Source of the DNA: Burkholderiales bacterium
GTDB taxonomy: Bacteria > Pseudomonadota > Gammaproteobacteria > Burkholderiales > JAEUOS01
Assembly (NCBI GenBank): GCA_016790695.1
Contig: JAEUOS010000081.1
Span: forward strand, 33,169 to 97,168
Length of the DNA stretch: 64,000 nt
Reading direction: 5' to 3'
Shown here: positions 48,252-61,455 of the stretch, in pieces
Layout of the letters: the number at the start of each line of letters is the position of its first letter
Position numbering within the stretch: the first letter of the stretch is position 1
Position numbers and translations under genes: made by a program
Notes under the pieces: generated by a model
What the model was told of the DNA's origin: nothing
Databases searched by the model: none
The model's input: the letters and a program-made list of their open reading frames with translations, nothing else

Positions 48252-50954
48252 TCAAGCCTGCCACGGCGGCGCCGCCGCAAGGTCGATGCCGAGTCGCGCG
48301 ATGGCGTCCGCGACCGCTTCCGCCGGCAGGCGCCCCTCGGCATGGAGCGCGCCGAGCGCGCGCGCCGCGACGTGGCGCCGGTCGACCTCGAAGAAGCCGC
48401 GCAGCGCCGCGCGCGTGTCGCTGCGACCGAAGCCGTCGGTGCCCAGGGTCACGTAGCGCGCGCGGACCTGGGCGCGGATCAGTTCCGGCACGGCGCGCAC
48501 GTAGTCGCTCGCGGCGATCACCGGCGCGTCCGAGCCGTCGAGACAACGCCCGACCCAGGTCGGTGCCGGCGGGGCGCCGCGGCCGGCGAGCGCGGCCAGC
48601 GCCGCGCGCTCGGCCGCCATGCCCTCGCGCTGCAGTTCGGCATAACTGGTCACCGAATACACCTCGGCGCCGAGACCGCACTCGCGCTCGAGCCAGTCGG
48701 CGGCCGCCAGCACCTCGGGCAGGATCGCGCCGCTGCCGAGCAGGCGCACCGCGCACGCGCGCGCCGCCGGCCGCAACCGGTACATGCCGCGCACGATGCC
48801 CTCGCGCTGCGCCGCGTCCGGCAGCGGCTGGGCGGCATTCTCGTTCATCACCGTGAGGTAGTAGAAGACGTCCTCGCCGCGCTCGAGCATGGCGCGCATC
48901 CCCTCCTCGACGATGACCGCGACCTCGTAGCCGTAGCACGGATCGTAGGCGCGGCAGTTGGGCACCGAGGCGGCGACCAGGTGGCTGGAGCCGTCCTGGT
49001 GCTGCAGGCCTTCGCCGGAGAGCGTGGTGCGGCCGGCGGTGGCGCCGATCAGGAAGCCGCGCGCGCGCTGGTCGGCGGCCGCCCAGATCAGGTCGGCGAC
49101 GCGCTGGAAGCCGAAGATCGAGTAGTAGATGTAGAAGGGCAGCATCGCCACGCCGTGGTTGGCGTAGCTGGTCGCCGCGGCGATCCACGACGACAGCGCA
49201 CCGGCCTCGGTGATGCCCTCCTCGAGGATCTGGCCGTCGCGCGCCTCCCTGTAGTAGAGCAGCTCGTCGGCATCCTCGGGCTCGTAGGCCTGGCCGTGCG
49301 GCGCGTAGATGCCGATCTGGCGGAACATCGCCTGCATGCCGAAGGTGCGCGCCTCGTCGGCGACGATCGGCACCACGTGGCGGCCGACGCCCTTGTCGCG
49401 CGTGAGGCTGGTGAGCATGCGCACGAACGCCATCGTCGAGGACATCTCGCCGCCCTTCGCCGGCGGCTCGAAGGCGAACTTCGCGAACGAGGCCGCGGCC
49501 GGCACCGCCAGCGGCGCCGCGCGCGCGCGCCGCGCGGGCAGCGCGCCGCCCAGGGCGGCCCGGCGCGCGCGCAGGTACGTCATCTCGATGCCGTCCTCGG
49601 GCGGACGGTAGAACGACAGGCCCAGGGTCTCGGCATCGGACAGGGGCAGCGCGAAGCGGTCGCGAAAGGCGATCAGGCTCGCGTCGTCGAGCTTCTTCTG
49701 CTGGTGCGTGGTCATGCGCGCCTGCCCGGCCGAGCCCATGCCGTAGCCCTTCATCGTCTTCGCCAGGATCACCGTCGGCGTGCCGCGGTGGCGCACCGCC
49801 GCGTGGTAGGCCGCATGGATCTTCACCGGATCGTGGCCGCCGCGCTTGAGCGCGTCGATGTCGGCGTCGCTCATGTGCGCGACGAGCTGGCGCACCTCCT
49901 CGTACTTGTTGAAGAAGTGCTCGCGGTTGAACTTGCCGTCGGTGGCGGCGTACTTCTGGAACTCGCCGTCGACGGTCTCGTGCAGGCGCCGCGCCAGCGC
50001 ACCGGCCGCGTCGCGCGCGAACAGCGCGTCCCAGTTCGAGCCCCACAGCAGCTTGATGACGTTCCACCCGGCGCCGGCGAACAGGCCCTCGAGTTCCTGC
50101 ACGATCGACCCGTTGCCGCGGACCGGCCCGTCGAGGCGCTGCAGGTTGCAGTTGACCACGAAGATCAGGTTGTCCAGCCCTTCGCGCGCCGCCAGCGACA
50201 GCCCCGCGAGCGACTCCGGCTCGTCCATCTCGCCGTCGCCGACGAAGCACCAGACCTTGCGCTCGCCGGCCGGCGCGATGCCGCGGTGCTCCAGGTAGCG
50301 CATGAAGCGCGCCTGGTAGACCGCCTGGATCGGCCCGAGCCCCATCGAGCCGGTCGGAAACTGCCAGAAGTCCGGCATCAGCCACGGATGCGGATACGAG
50401 GACAGCCCGCGCCCGCCGACCTCGCGGCGATAGTTGGCCAGGCGGTCCTCCCCCAGCCGCCCCTCGAGGAACGCGCGCGCGTACACCCCGGGTGCCGAAT
50501 GCGGCTGGAAGAACACCAGGTCGCCGCCGCCCGGCGCGTCGCTGCCGCGGAAGAAGTGGTTGAACCCGACCTCGAACAGGTCCGCCACCGAAGCGTAGCT
50601 CGCGATGTGTCCGCCCAGTTCGGCAGCCGCCTTGTTGGCGCGCACCACCATGGCGAGCGCATTCCAGCGCACCATCGAGGTGATGCGCGTCTCGATGCCG
50701 AGGTCGCCGGGGAACGGCGCCTGCTTTTCCAGCGCGATGGTGTTGCGGTACGGCGTGGTCAGGCCGCGCGGCACGTCGACCCCCATGCCGCGCGCGGCCT
50801 CGGTCAGGCGCTTCAGCAGGTACTGCGCGCGGCCCTCGCCTTCGCGCTCGAGCACCGCGGCCAGCGCGTCGATCCATTCGCGCGTCTCGGCCGGATCGAG
50901 ATCGGCGGCGAGCGCCTGGCGCACGATCGCGCTGACATCGGAATGGTCGGTCAT
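48252..50954 (-). CDS. aceE: Pyruvate dehydrogenase E1 component, homodimeric type
   Basis: 900 aa; DLDPAETREWIDAL, IRWNA-like VRWNALAMVVRAN, GGHIASYAS and GDGEMDEPES (ThDP motif). Confidence 0.93.
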   Translation of the reverse strand: MTDHSDVSAIVRQALAADLDPAETREWIDALAAVLEREGEGRAQYLLKRLTEAARGMGVDVPRGLTTPYRNTIALEKQAPFPGDLGIETRITSMVRWNALAMVVRANKAAAELGGHIASYASVADLFEVGFNHFFRGSDAPGGGDLVFFQPHSAPGVYARAFLEGRLGEDRLANYRREVGGRGLSSYPHPWLMPDFWQFPTGSMGLGPIQAVYQARFMRYLEHRGIAPAGERKVWCFVGDGEMDEPESLAGLSLAAREGLDNLIFVVNCNLQRLDGPVRGNGSIVQELEGLFAGAGWNVIKLLWGSNWDALFARDAAGALARRLHETVDGEFQKYAATDGKFNREHFFNKYEEVRQLVAHMSDADIDALKRGGHDPVKIHAAYHAAVRHRGTPTVILAKTMKGYGMGSAGQARMTTHQQKKLDDASLIAFRDRFALPLSDAETLGLSFYRPPEDGIEMTYLRARRAALGGALPARRARAAPLAVPAAASFAKFAFEPPAKGGEMSSTMAFVRMLTSLTRDKGVGRHVVPIVADEARTFGMQAMFRQIGIYAPHGQAYEPEDADELLYYREARDGQILEEGITEAGALSSWIAAATSYANHGVAMLPFYIYYSIFGFQRVADLIWAAADQRARGFLIGATAGRTTLSGEGLQHQDGSSHLVAASVPNCRAYDPCYGYEVAVIVEEGMRAMLERGEDVFYYLTVMNENAAQPLPDAAQREGIVRGMYRLRPAARACAVRLLGSGAILPEVLAAADWLERECGLGAEVYSVTSYAELQREGMAAERAALAALAGRGAPPAPTWVGRCLDGSDAPVIAASDYVRAVPELIRAQVRARYVTLGTDGFGRSDTRAALRGFFEVDRRHVAARALGALHAEGRLPAEAVADAIARLGIDLAAAPPWQA

Positions 50955-51061
50955 GACTGGCAGCCTGCGGGACGGGGACGAAGCCGCATGCTAGCGCCGC
51001 CATCCGGTTCGAATCTGCCAAAGTGCGTTGCTCTACGCGCAGCATTCGGCATATCATGCTG

Positions 51062-51077
51062 AGAAATTTACTTTTCT
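51062..51077. promoter_or_regulatory. AT-rich inverted repeat AGAAA-N6-TTTCT, possible Lrp box
   Basis: The only AT-rich stretch in the aceE/lrp divergent region, 10 nt upstream of the lrp ATG. Confidence 0.2.
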
Positions 51078-51086
51078 TGATCATTC

Positions 51087-51578
51087 ATGCCGAACACCAT
51101 GCTCGACGACACCGACTGGCAGATCCTCGACCGCCTGCAGGCCGACGCGCGGATGACCAACGTGAAGCTCGCCGAACTGGTCAACCTGTCGCCCTCGCCG
51201 TGCCTGGCGCGCGTGCGCGAACTCGAGGCGGGCGGCTACATCGACCGCTATGTCACGCTGCTCAATCCGCTCAAGCTCGGCCTCACGGTCAGCGTGTTCA
51301 TCCAGGTCACGCTCGAGAAGCAGGTCGAGAAGCAGCTGGAGAGCTTCGAATCGGCGATCCGCAGGCGCCCGGAGGTCATGGAGTGCTACCTGATGACCGG
51401 CGACTCCGACTACCTGCTGCGCGTGGTGGTGCCCGACATCCAGGCGCTCGAGCGTTTCATCGTCGACCACCTGACCAAGATCCCCGGCATCGCCAACATC
51501 CGCTCGTCGTTCGCGCTGAAGCAGGTGAAGTACCAGACCGCGCTGCCGCTGCCGGCCGCGCCGCGCCGGCGCGGCTGA
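51087..51578 (+). CDS. lrp: Lrp/AsnC-family transcriptional regulator
   Basis: [55 protein letters not shown] closely parallels E. coli Lrp. Confidence 0.92.
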   Translation: MPNTMLDDTDWQILDRLQADARMTNVKLAELVNLSPSPCLARVRELEAGGYIDRYVTLLNPLKLGLTVSVFIQVTLEKQVEKQLESFESAIRRRPEVMECYLMTGDSDYLLRVVVPDIQALERFIVDHLTKIPGIANIRSSFALKQVKYQTALPLPAAPRRRG

Positions 51579-51641
51579 CACGGGCGACGGCGCGCGGCGG
51601 CGCTGGCTACAATCGGACACCAGCCGAGGAGGTCGGAGCCC

Positions 51642-52628
51642 ATGCACAACCGCAAGCACATCGTCCGGCGCGCGCTCATCGCCACGCCGTTCTGCGCCGC
51701 CCTCGCCGCACCCGCGCGCGCCCAGGCCGCCTATCCGTCGCGCCCGCTCAAGCTGATCGCGCCGTTTCCGCCGGGCGGCACCAGCGATGTGCTGGCGCGG
51801 CTGCTGGCGCAGAAGCTCACCGAGCTGCTCGGCCAGCCTGTCGCCGTGGAGAACCGGCCCGGTGCAGGCGGCAACATCGGGCATGAACTCGCCGCCAAGA
51901 GCCCCGCGGACGGCTACACGCTGCTGCTGTCGAACAGCAGCAGCGTGGTCACCAACCCGCACCTGTACCGGCGCCTCGGCTTCGACCCGTTGAACGACTT
52001 CGCACCGGTGTCGATGGTGGCGGCCGCGGGCCAGGTGCTGGTGGTGCACCCGTCGGTGCCGGCGACCACGGTGGCCGAACTGACCGCGCTGGCCCGGACG
52101 CGCCCGGGCCAGCTCAATTTCGGCTCCGGCGGCAAGGGCATCCAGTCGCACATCAGCGGCGAGATGTACAAGGCCGCCACCGGGGTGAACATCGTGCACA
52201 TCCCGTACAAGGGGACGATCCAGGCCGTGACCGACCTGGTCGCCGGCCAGATCCAGATGGTGTTCTCCGACATGGTTCCCGCGGTGCCGCAGATCAAGGC
52301 CGGCAAGCTGCGCGCGCTCGCGGTCACCAGCCCGCAACGCTCGGCCGTGCTGCCCGAGGTGCCGACCATGATCGAGGCCGGGGTGCCGAACTTCGACGCC
52401 AGCGTCTGGTGGTCGATCACCACCCCGCGCGGCACGCCGGCCGAGGTGATCACCCGCCTCAACGCCGACCTCGGGCGCGTCCTCGCGATGGCCGACGTGC
52501 GCGAGTCCTACGCCAAGCTCGGCGTCGCGCCGGTGCACAGCACGCCGGCCAAGGTGACCGAGACCATCCGCGCCGAGGGTCCGCTGATGGCGCGCATCCT
52601 CAAGGCAGCCGGCGTCGAGCCCGAATGA
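51642..52628 (+). CDS. Bug-family (TctC-like) substrate-binding protein
   Basis: Signal peptide plus IAPFPPGGTSDVLARLL...ENRPGAGG...IPYKGTIQAVTDLVAGQIQMVF. Confidence 0.9.
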   Translation: MHNRKHIVRRALIATPFCAALAAPARAQAAYPSRPLKLIAPFPPGGTSDVLARLLAQKLTELLGQPVAVENRPGAGGNIGHELAAKSPADGYTLLLSNSSSVVTNPHLYRRLGFDPLNDFAPVSMVAAAGQVLVVHPSVPATTVAELTALARTRPGQLNFGSGGKGIQSHISGEMYKAATGVNIVHIPYKGTIQAVTDLVAGQIQMVFSDMVPAVPQIKAGKLRALAVTSPQRSAVLPEVPTMIEAGVPNFDASVWWSITTPRGTPAEVITRLNADLGRVLAMADVRESYAKLGVAPVHSTPAKVTETIRAEGPLMARILKAAGVEPE

Positions 52629-52761
52629 GGCGCCGTCACCCGCGGCGCGGCGCAGGCGGCGCGCCCACGGGCGCTCGCGCCCGGCCGTCCGCAGGGGGCG
52701 CCGCATTGCGCAATGCGCCTCCCTCGAGGAGGATCTCACGCCGTGACGGGAGGGCAGTCCA

Positions 52762-53751
52762 ATGAGCGCCGCTGCCGCCGCGCCCGGCCCCGGCGCGCGG
52801 CCCTGGCTGGCGCGGCTCCATCCCGCGCTGTTCGGCATCGCCCTCGGCACGCTGGGCCTCGCCGGCGCCTGGCAGCGCCTGGTGCCGCTCGGGGTGACGC
52901 GCGGCAACCCGGTCTCGCTCGCGCTGTTCGCCGCCGGCCTCGCGGTGCTCGGCGTGCTCGCCGTCCTCTGGGCCGCCAAGCTCGTGCGGCATCCCGCGGT
53001 CGTGCGGCAGGAATGGCATCACCCGGTGCAGGGGCCGCTCCTCGCCATCCTGCCGGTCGCGCTGCTGCTGGCGACCGCCCTGGCGGCGCCGGCGTTTCCC
53101 TCCCTGCGCGCCGCCTGGCTGACCCTGACCTGCGCGGCCCTGCTGATGCAGGGCCTGCTCGCCTGGCAGGTGGTCGCCCGGCTGTCGACCGGCCAGATGC
53201 CGCCCGAACTGATCACCCCGGCGCTGTACCTGCCGACGGTGGCGGGCGGCTTCGTCGGGTCGATGACCCTGAACGCGCTCGCCCTGCCGGGCTGGGGCGC
53301 GCTGCTCATGGGCATGGGCGCGGGGGCCTGGGCGCTGCTCGAGATCCGCATCCTCAACCGCCTGTTCGCGGGGCCGCTGCCGCCACTGCTGCGGCCCACC
53401 CTGGGCCTGGAGATCGCGCCGGCAGCGGTCGGCTCGCTGGCGCTGGCCTCGCTGTGGCCGGGCCTGCCGGCCGAAGCGCTGATGGTCTGCCTCGGCGTCG
53501 CGAGCGCGCCGGTGATGGCGGTGCTGACGCGCTGGCGCTACTGGACCGAGGTGCCGTTCAACCCCGGCTTCTGGTCGTTCTCGTTCCCGCTCGCGGCGAT
53601 GGCCGGCGCCACGGTCGAGGCGGTGCGCCGCGGCGGCTGGCCGGTCGAGGTCGCCGTGGCGGCGGTGGCGATCGCCAGCGCGGTGATCGCCTATCTCGCC
53701 GTGCGCACGCTGGTGCTGCTGCTGCGCGGCCGCCTGCTGCCGCCGCAATAG
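52762..53751 (+). CDS. TehA/TDT-family (SLAC1-like) anion or C4-dicarboxylate channel/transporter
   Basis: About 10 TM segments; N-terminus LHPALFGIALGTLGLAGAWQ is typical of the TDT family. Confidence 0.75.
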   Translation: MSAAAAAPGPGARPWLARLHPALFGIALGTLGLAGAWQRLVPLGVTRGNPVSLALFAAGLAVLGVLAVLWAAKLVRHPAVVRQEWHHPVQGPLLAILPVALLLATALAAPAFPSLRAAWLTLTCAALLMQGLLAWQVVARLSTGQMPPELITPALYLPTVAGGFVGSMTLNALALPGWGALLMGMGAGAWALLEIRILNRLFAGPLPPLLRPTLGLEIAPAAVGSLALASLWPGLPAEALMVCLGVASAPVMAVLTRWRYWTEVPFNPGFWSFSFPLAAMAGATVEAVRRGGWPVEVAVAAVAIASAVIAYLAVRTLVLLLRGRLLPPQ

Positions 53752-53833
53752 CCGGGCCGCAGCGGCACGCCACGGTAGACTGGCCGCCGGCGCCGGCCAT
53801 CCGCAGCCCGCGCGAACCACACCGCTGGAGGAC

Positions 53834-55384
53834 ATGCCCGTGCCACGCTTTGACCCTTTCGCCGGACGCACCGTGCGCGTCGCCGAGAACCTCGAACCGT
53901 CGTTCGTTCACGACGAGCAGGTCGCGCTCGCGCGGCGCAAGCTGGCGGAGTTCGTCGCCCGGCGCGGCAAGCGGCCGAACTTCCTGATCTTCCTGATGGA
54001 CGACGTCGGCTGGGGCGACTTCGGCTGCTACGGCGGCGGCGTGGCGGTGGGTGCGCCGACCCCGGGGTTCGACCGCCTGGCCGCGCAGGGCCTGCGCCTG
54101 ACCTCGTGCTACTCGGAGCCGACCTGCTCGCCCTCGCGCGCGACCATGCTGACCGGCCGCGTGCCGCATCGCCACGGCCTGCACCGCCCGCCGATGTACG
54201 GCGAGCCGGGCGGCCTGTCGGGCGAGGTGACCCTCGCGCAACTGCTGTCCTCCGCCGGCTACGTCACCCAGGCGGTCGGCAAGTGGCATGTCGGCGAGAA
54301 CGCCGCCTCGCAGCCGCAGAACGTCGGCTTCGACGATTTCTACGGCTTCCTCTCGGTCTCGGACATGTACACCGAGTGGCGCGACCCGCATTACTTCCCG
54401 GAGGTCGTGTACTCCGAGGCGCGCACCGAGTGGATCAAGAACATGCCGTTCAACCGCTGCTTCGTCCACGCGAAGAAGGGCGGCGAGGCGGTCAACGTCG
54501 AGGAGGTCACGATCCCGGTGCTGTCGCTGCTCGACGACAAGTGGTGCGCCTATTCGTCGGACTTCATCCGCGCGCGCGCCGGCAGGAAGGAGCCTTGGCT
54601 GCTCTACCACTGCACGCGCGGCGCGCACTTCGACAACTACCCGCACGAGAAATTCCTCGCGTCCTCGCCCGCGAAGCACCCGTACAAGGACACGCTGATC
54701 GAGCTCGACGACATCATCTCGCGCCTGACCGCGGTGCTGCGCGAGACCGGCCAGGCGGAGGACACGCTGATCTTCATCTCCTCCGACAACGGCCCGCACA
54801 TGGAGACCTGGCCCGACGCCGCCTTCACGCCGTTCCGCTGCTCCAAGGGCTCGACCTGGGAGGGCGGCGTGCGCGTGCCGGGCATCCTGGTGTGGCCCGG
54901 CATGATCGAGGCCGGCCAGGCCAGCGACGGCATCATGAACTTCTCCGACATCCTGCCGACGCTGGCCGCGCTGGCCGGCGACGGCCTGCAGCTGCCGACC
55001 GACCGCTACATCGACGGCGTCGACCAGTCCTCGTTCCTGCTCGCGCCCGGCGGCGACTCGAACCGCAAGTACCACTACTACTGGCTGATGCAGCACTTCT
55101 CGGCGCTGCGCTGCGGCGAGTACAAGATGATGCTGCGCTCGACCAGCGACGACGAGGCCGGCGCCTGGGCCCCCGGCGGCTTCACCGGCGTGCTGCAGGA
55201 ACACGCCTACGCCAAGCTCTACAACCTGTACCTGGACCCGAAGGAGTCGCACAACTACATGACGCGCAAGCTCGCGTACATGGAGGCGTTCCAGCTCGGC
55301 ATCCGGTCGCACCTGGCGACGTTCAAGAAGTATCCGCCGAAGAAGGTGATGGGACTGGCGGCGGCGGATCCGCGCCAGACCTGA
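53834..55384 (+). CDS. Cys-type arylsulfatase family protein, no signal peptide
   Basis: NFLIFLMDDVGWGDFGCYGG plus the formylglycine motif CSPSRATMLTG; also GKWHVG and SDNGP. N-terminal 45 aa are hydrophilic. Confidence 0.85.
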   Translation: MPVPRFDPFAGRTVRVAENLEPSFVHDEQVALARRKLAEFVARRGKRPNFLIFLMDDVGWGDFGCYGGGVAVGAPTPGFDRLAAQGLRLTSCYSEPTCSPSRATMLTGRVPHRHGLHRPPMYGEPGGLSGEVTLAQLLSSAGYVTQAVGKWHVGENAASQPQNVGFDDFYGFLSVSDMYTEWRDPHYFPEVVYSEARTEWIKNMPFNRCFVHAKKGGEAVNVEEVTIPVLSLLDDKWCAYSSDFIRARAGRKEPWLLYHCTRGAHFDNYPHEKFLASSPAKHPYKDTLIELDDIISRLTAVLRETGQAEDTLIFISSDNGPHMETWPDAAFTPFRCSKGSTWEGGVRVPGILVWPGMIEAGQASDGIMNFSDILPTLAALAGDGLQLPTDRYIDGVDQSSFLLAPGGDSNRKYHYYWLMQHFSALRCGEYKMMLRSTSDDEAGAWAPGGFTGVLQEHAYAKLYNLYLDPKESHNYMTRKLAYMEAFQLGIRSHLATFKKYPPKKVMGLAAADPRQT

Positions 55385-55405
55385 GGGCGCCCGGCCGCGG
55401 CCGGT

Positions 55406-57049
55406 TCAGCCGCGCGCCGACGGATCGCTGACCCAGCGCGAGATGCGCGGCGGCGACTCGCCCTGGTGGAAGGCGAGCTTGCGCTCGCGCAGCGTGATGT
55501 CGGCGGCGGTCACGCGGTCGAAGCGCCGCAGGTGCTCGGTCCAGTTCTCGTCGACGATGCGCTCGACGAAGCGCCCCGGATCATGCACGTCGGAAAGCAG
55601 GTCCCAGTCGAGCGCGCCCTGGCGCAGCCGGCTGCGGCGGCTCTCCTGCATCAGCACGCGGAATTCGCCGGCGCGCGCCGGGTCGATGTGGAACTCGATG
55701 TCGACCACGATGCGCCCGTCGACCGCCGGCGCCTCGGCATCGGGCGCCTTCAGCACCGACGAGCGCGACAGGTCCTCCTCGATCTTGCGGTCGACCACCA
55801 GGAGCGCGCCCGCGACCATGGTCAGCACGCCGCTCGCGGCCGCGATCGCAAGGCTGGTGGTGAGCGAGGTCATCGTCGCCACCTGCCCCCAGAGCGCCGC
55901 GCCGAGCGCGCTGCCGCCCATGACCGCCATCTGGTAGACCGACATGCCGCGCGCGCGCACCCAGTCGGGCAGCGCCAGCTGCGCCGACACCCCGAGCGAG
56001 TTGACCGTCGACAGCCAGGCGACGCCGGCGGCGAACATCGCGGGCGCCGCCACGCCCGCATGGGGCGCGAACGCGACGCACACGGTGGCGAGCGCCTGCA
56101 CCACCGTGCCGGCCAGCACCAGGGCGTCGCGCGAGAAGACGCGGCGCAGGCGCGGCAGGAACGCCGCCGAGGCGATCGCGCCGGCACCCATCGACGCCAG
56201 GAGCAGGGTGTAGGTGCCGGCGCCGCCGCCCTCGCCGCCGAGGCGGCGTGCCTCGAGCGGCAGCAGCGCCAACAGCGCGGCCGAATGGAAGAAATAGAGC
56301 GCGATGCGCACCAGCACCGCCTTCAGGCGCGCCGACTGCGCGACGAACTGCAGTCCGACCCGCATGCCGGAGAGCAGCGGCTCGCGTCCGAGCGGGCTGG
56401 GCCTGTGCACGCGCGGCCAGCGCGCGAGGAACGTGATCGAGACCACGGCGAGGACGGCATTGAGCACGAACACCCAGGCGCTGCCGGCGGCCGCGATGAT
56501 CGCGCCCGCCAGCAGCGGCCCGACGATGCGCGAGGCGTTCGCCGACACGCCGTTCAGGGCCATCGCCGAGGGCAATTGCGCGCGCGGCACCACCTCGGGG
56601 ATGATCGCCGAGTAGACCGGCCAGCGCATCGCCAGGCCGACGCCGTTGGCGAACATCAGCACCAGGAGCAGCGGCGGCGACATCTGGCCCGCCAGGAGCA
56701 GCGCGCAGGTCAGCAGCGCGACCACCGCCACCCAGCCCTGGGTGAACAGCAGGTAGCGCTTGCGGTCGATGCTGTCGGCCAGCGCGCCGCTGGCCAGCCC
56801 GAACAGGAACACCGGCAGCGTCGCCGCGGTCTGCACCAGCGCCACCCAGAGCGGCTTGGTCGTGAGCGAGGTCATCACCCAGGCGGCGGCGACGTCGTTC
56901 ATCCAGGTCGCGATGTTGGCGGCGAACCAGACCGTCCACAGCATCCGGAACACCGGATCGCCGAACGGCGCCAGCGGCGAGGTGCGCGGCGCCGGCGGCG
57001 CGGGCGCGGGTTCCTCGCGGTCGTTCCGTGGGGAGGGCGTCTCTGCCAA
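55406..57049 (-). CDS. MFS transporter (EntS/MFS_3-like) with a soluble C-terminal domain of about 130 aa
   Basis: Twelve hydrophobic segments, then a hydrophilic tail (IVVDIEFHIDPARAGEFRVLMQES...WTEHLRRFDRVT) with an ABM/ferredoxin-like pattern. Confidence 0.85.
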   Translation of the reverse strand: MAETPSPRNDREEPAPAPPAPRTSPLAPFGDPVFRMLWTVWFAANIATWMNDVAAAWVMTSLTTKPLWVALVQTAATLPVFLFGLASGALADSIDRKRYLLFTQGWVAVVALLTCALLLAGQMSPPLLLVLMFANGVGLAMRWPVYSAIIPEVVPRAQLPSAMALNGVSANASRIVGPLLAGAIIAAAGSAWVFVLNAVLAVVSITFLARWPRVHRPSPLGREPLLSGMRVGLQFVAQSARLKAVLVRIALYFFHSAALLALLPLEARRLGGEGGGAGTYTLLLASMGAGAIASAAFLPRLRRVFSRDALVLAGTVVQALATVCVAFAPHAGVAAPAMFAAGVAWLSTVNSLGVSAQLALPDWVRARGMSVYQMAVMGGSALGAALWGQVATMTSLTTSLAIAAASGVLTMVAGALLVVDRKIEEDLSRSSVLKAPDAEAPAVDGRIVVDIEFHIDPARAGEFRVLMQESRRSRLRQGALDWDLLSDVHDPGRFVERIVDENWTEHLRRFDRVTAADITLRERKLAFHQGESPPRISRWVSDPSARG

Positions 57050-57123
57050 GGCGGTTCCGGGGGGCGGGGACGTCAGGCGCGGCCGGACGGCGTGCCGCGG
57101 CGGCTCCGGCGCATCCGGCGCGC

Positions 57124-57438
57124 CTAGCGCGGCGCGGGCGGGCCCGGCGGCCTGGCCGCCGGCGGCGCTTCGAGAATCTGGAAGAACACTTCGTCGTCCT
57201 TGATCATGCCCAGCTCGAAGCGCGCGCGCTCCTCGATCGCACCGAGGCCGTTCTTGAGGTCACGCACCTCGGCCTCGAGCGCATTGTTGCGCCGGACGAG
57301 CCCGGCGTTGACGCCCTGCTGCGCCGCGACCTGGCGGTCGAGGTCCCAGGCGCGCATCCAGCCGCCCTTGCCCAGCCACAGCGGGTATTGCAGGAGCGCG
57401 ATCAGCCCCGCGAAGACGACGGTGAGCACGCGATTCAT
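57124..57438 (-). CDS. ftsB: Cell division protein FtsB
   Basis: One TM segment plus a coiled coil ([12 protein letters not shown]...[30 protein letters not shown]), immediately downstream of eno as in many proteobacteria. Confidence 0.9.
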   Translation of the reverse strand: MNRVLTVVFAGLIALLQYPLWLGKGGWMRAWDLDRQVAAQQGVNAGLVRRNNALEAEVRDLKNGLGAIEERARFELGMIKDDEVFFQILEAPPAARPPGPPAPR

Positions 57439-57468
57439 CGGCCCCGCCCGCGCTTCGCGCCCGGCGTC

Positions 57469-59665
<2,197 letters not shown>

Positions 59666-59679
59666 CGCGTCGCGCGCCC

Positions 59680-61410
<1,731 letters not shown>

Positions 61411-61455
61411 TTACACCAAAGGCCCGCCGCTCCCTCGCGCGGTGCGCGGCGCCGC

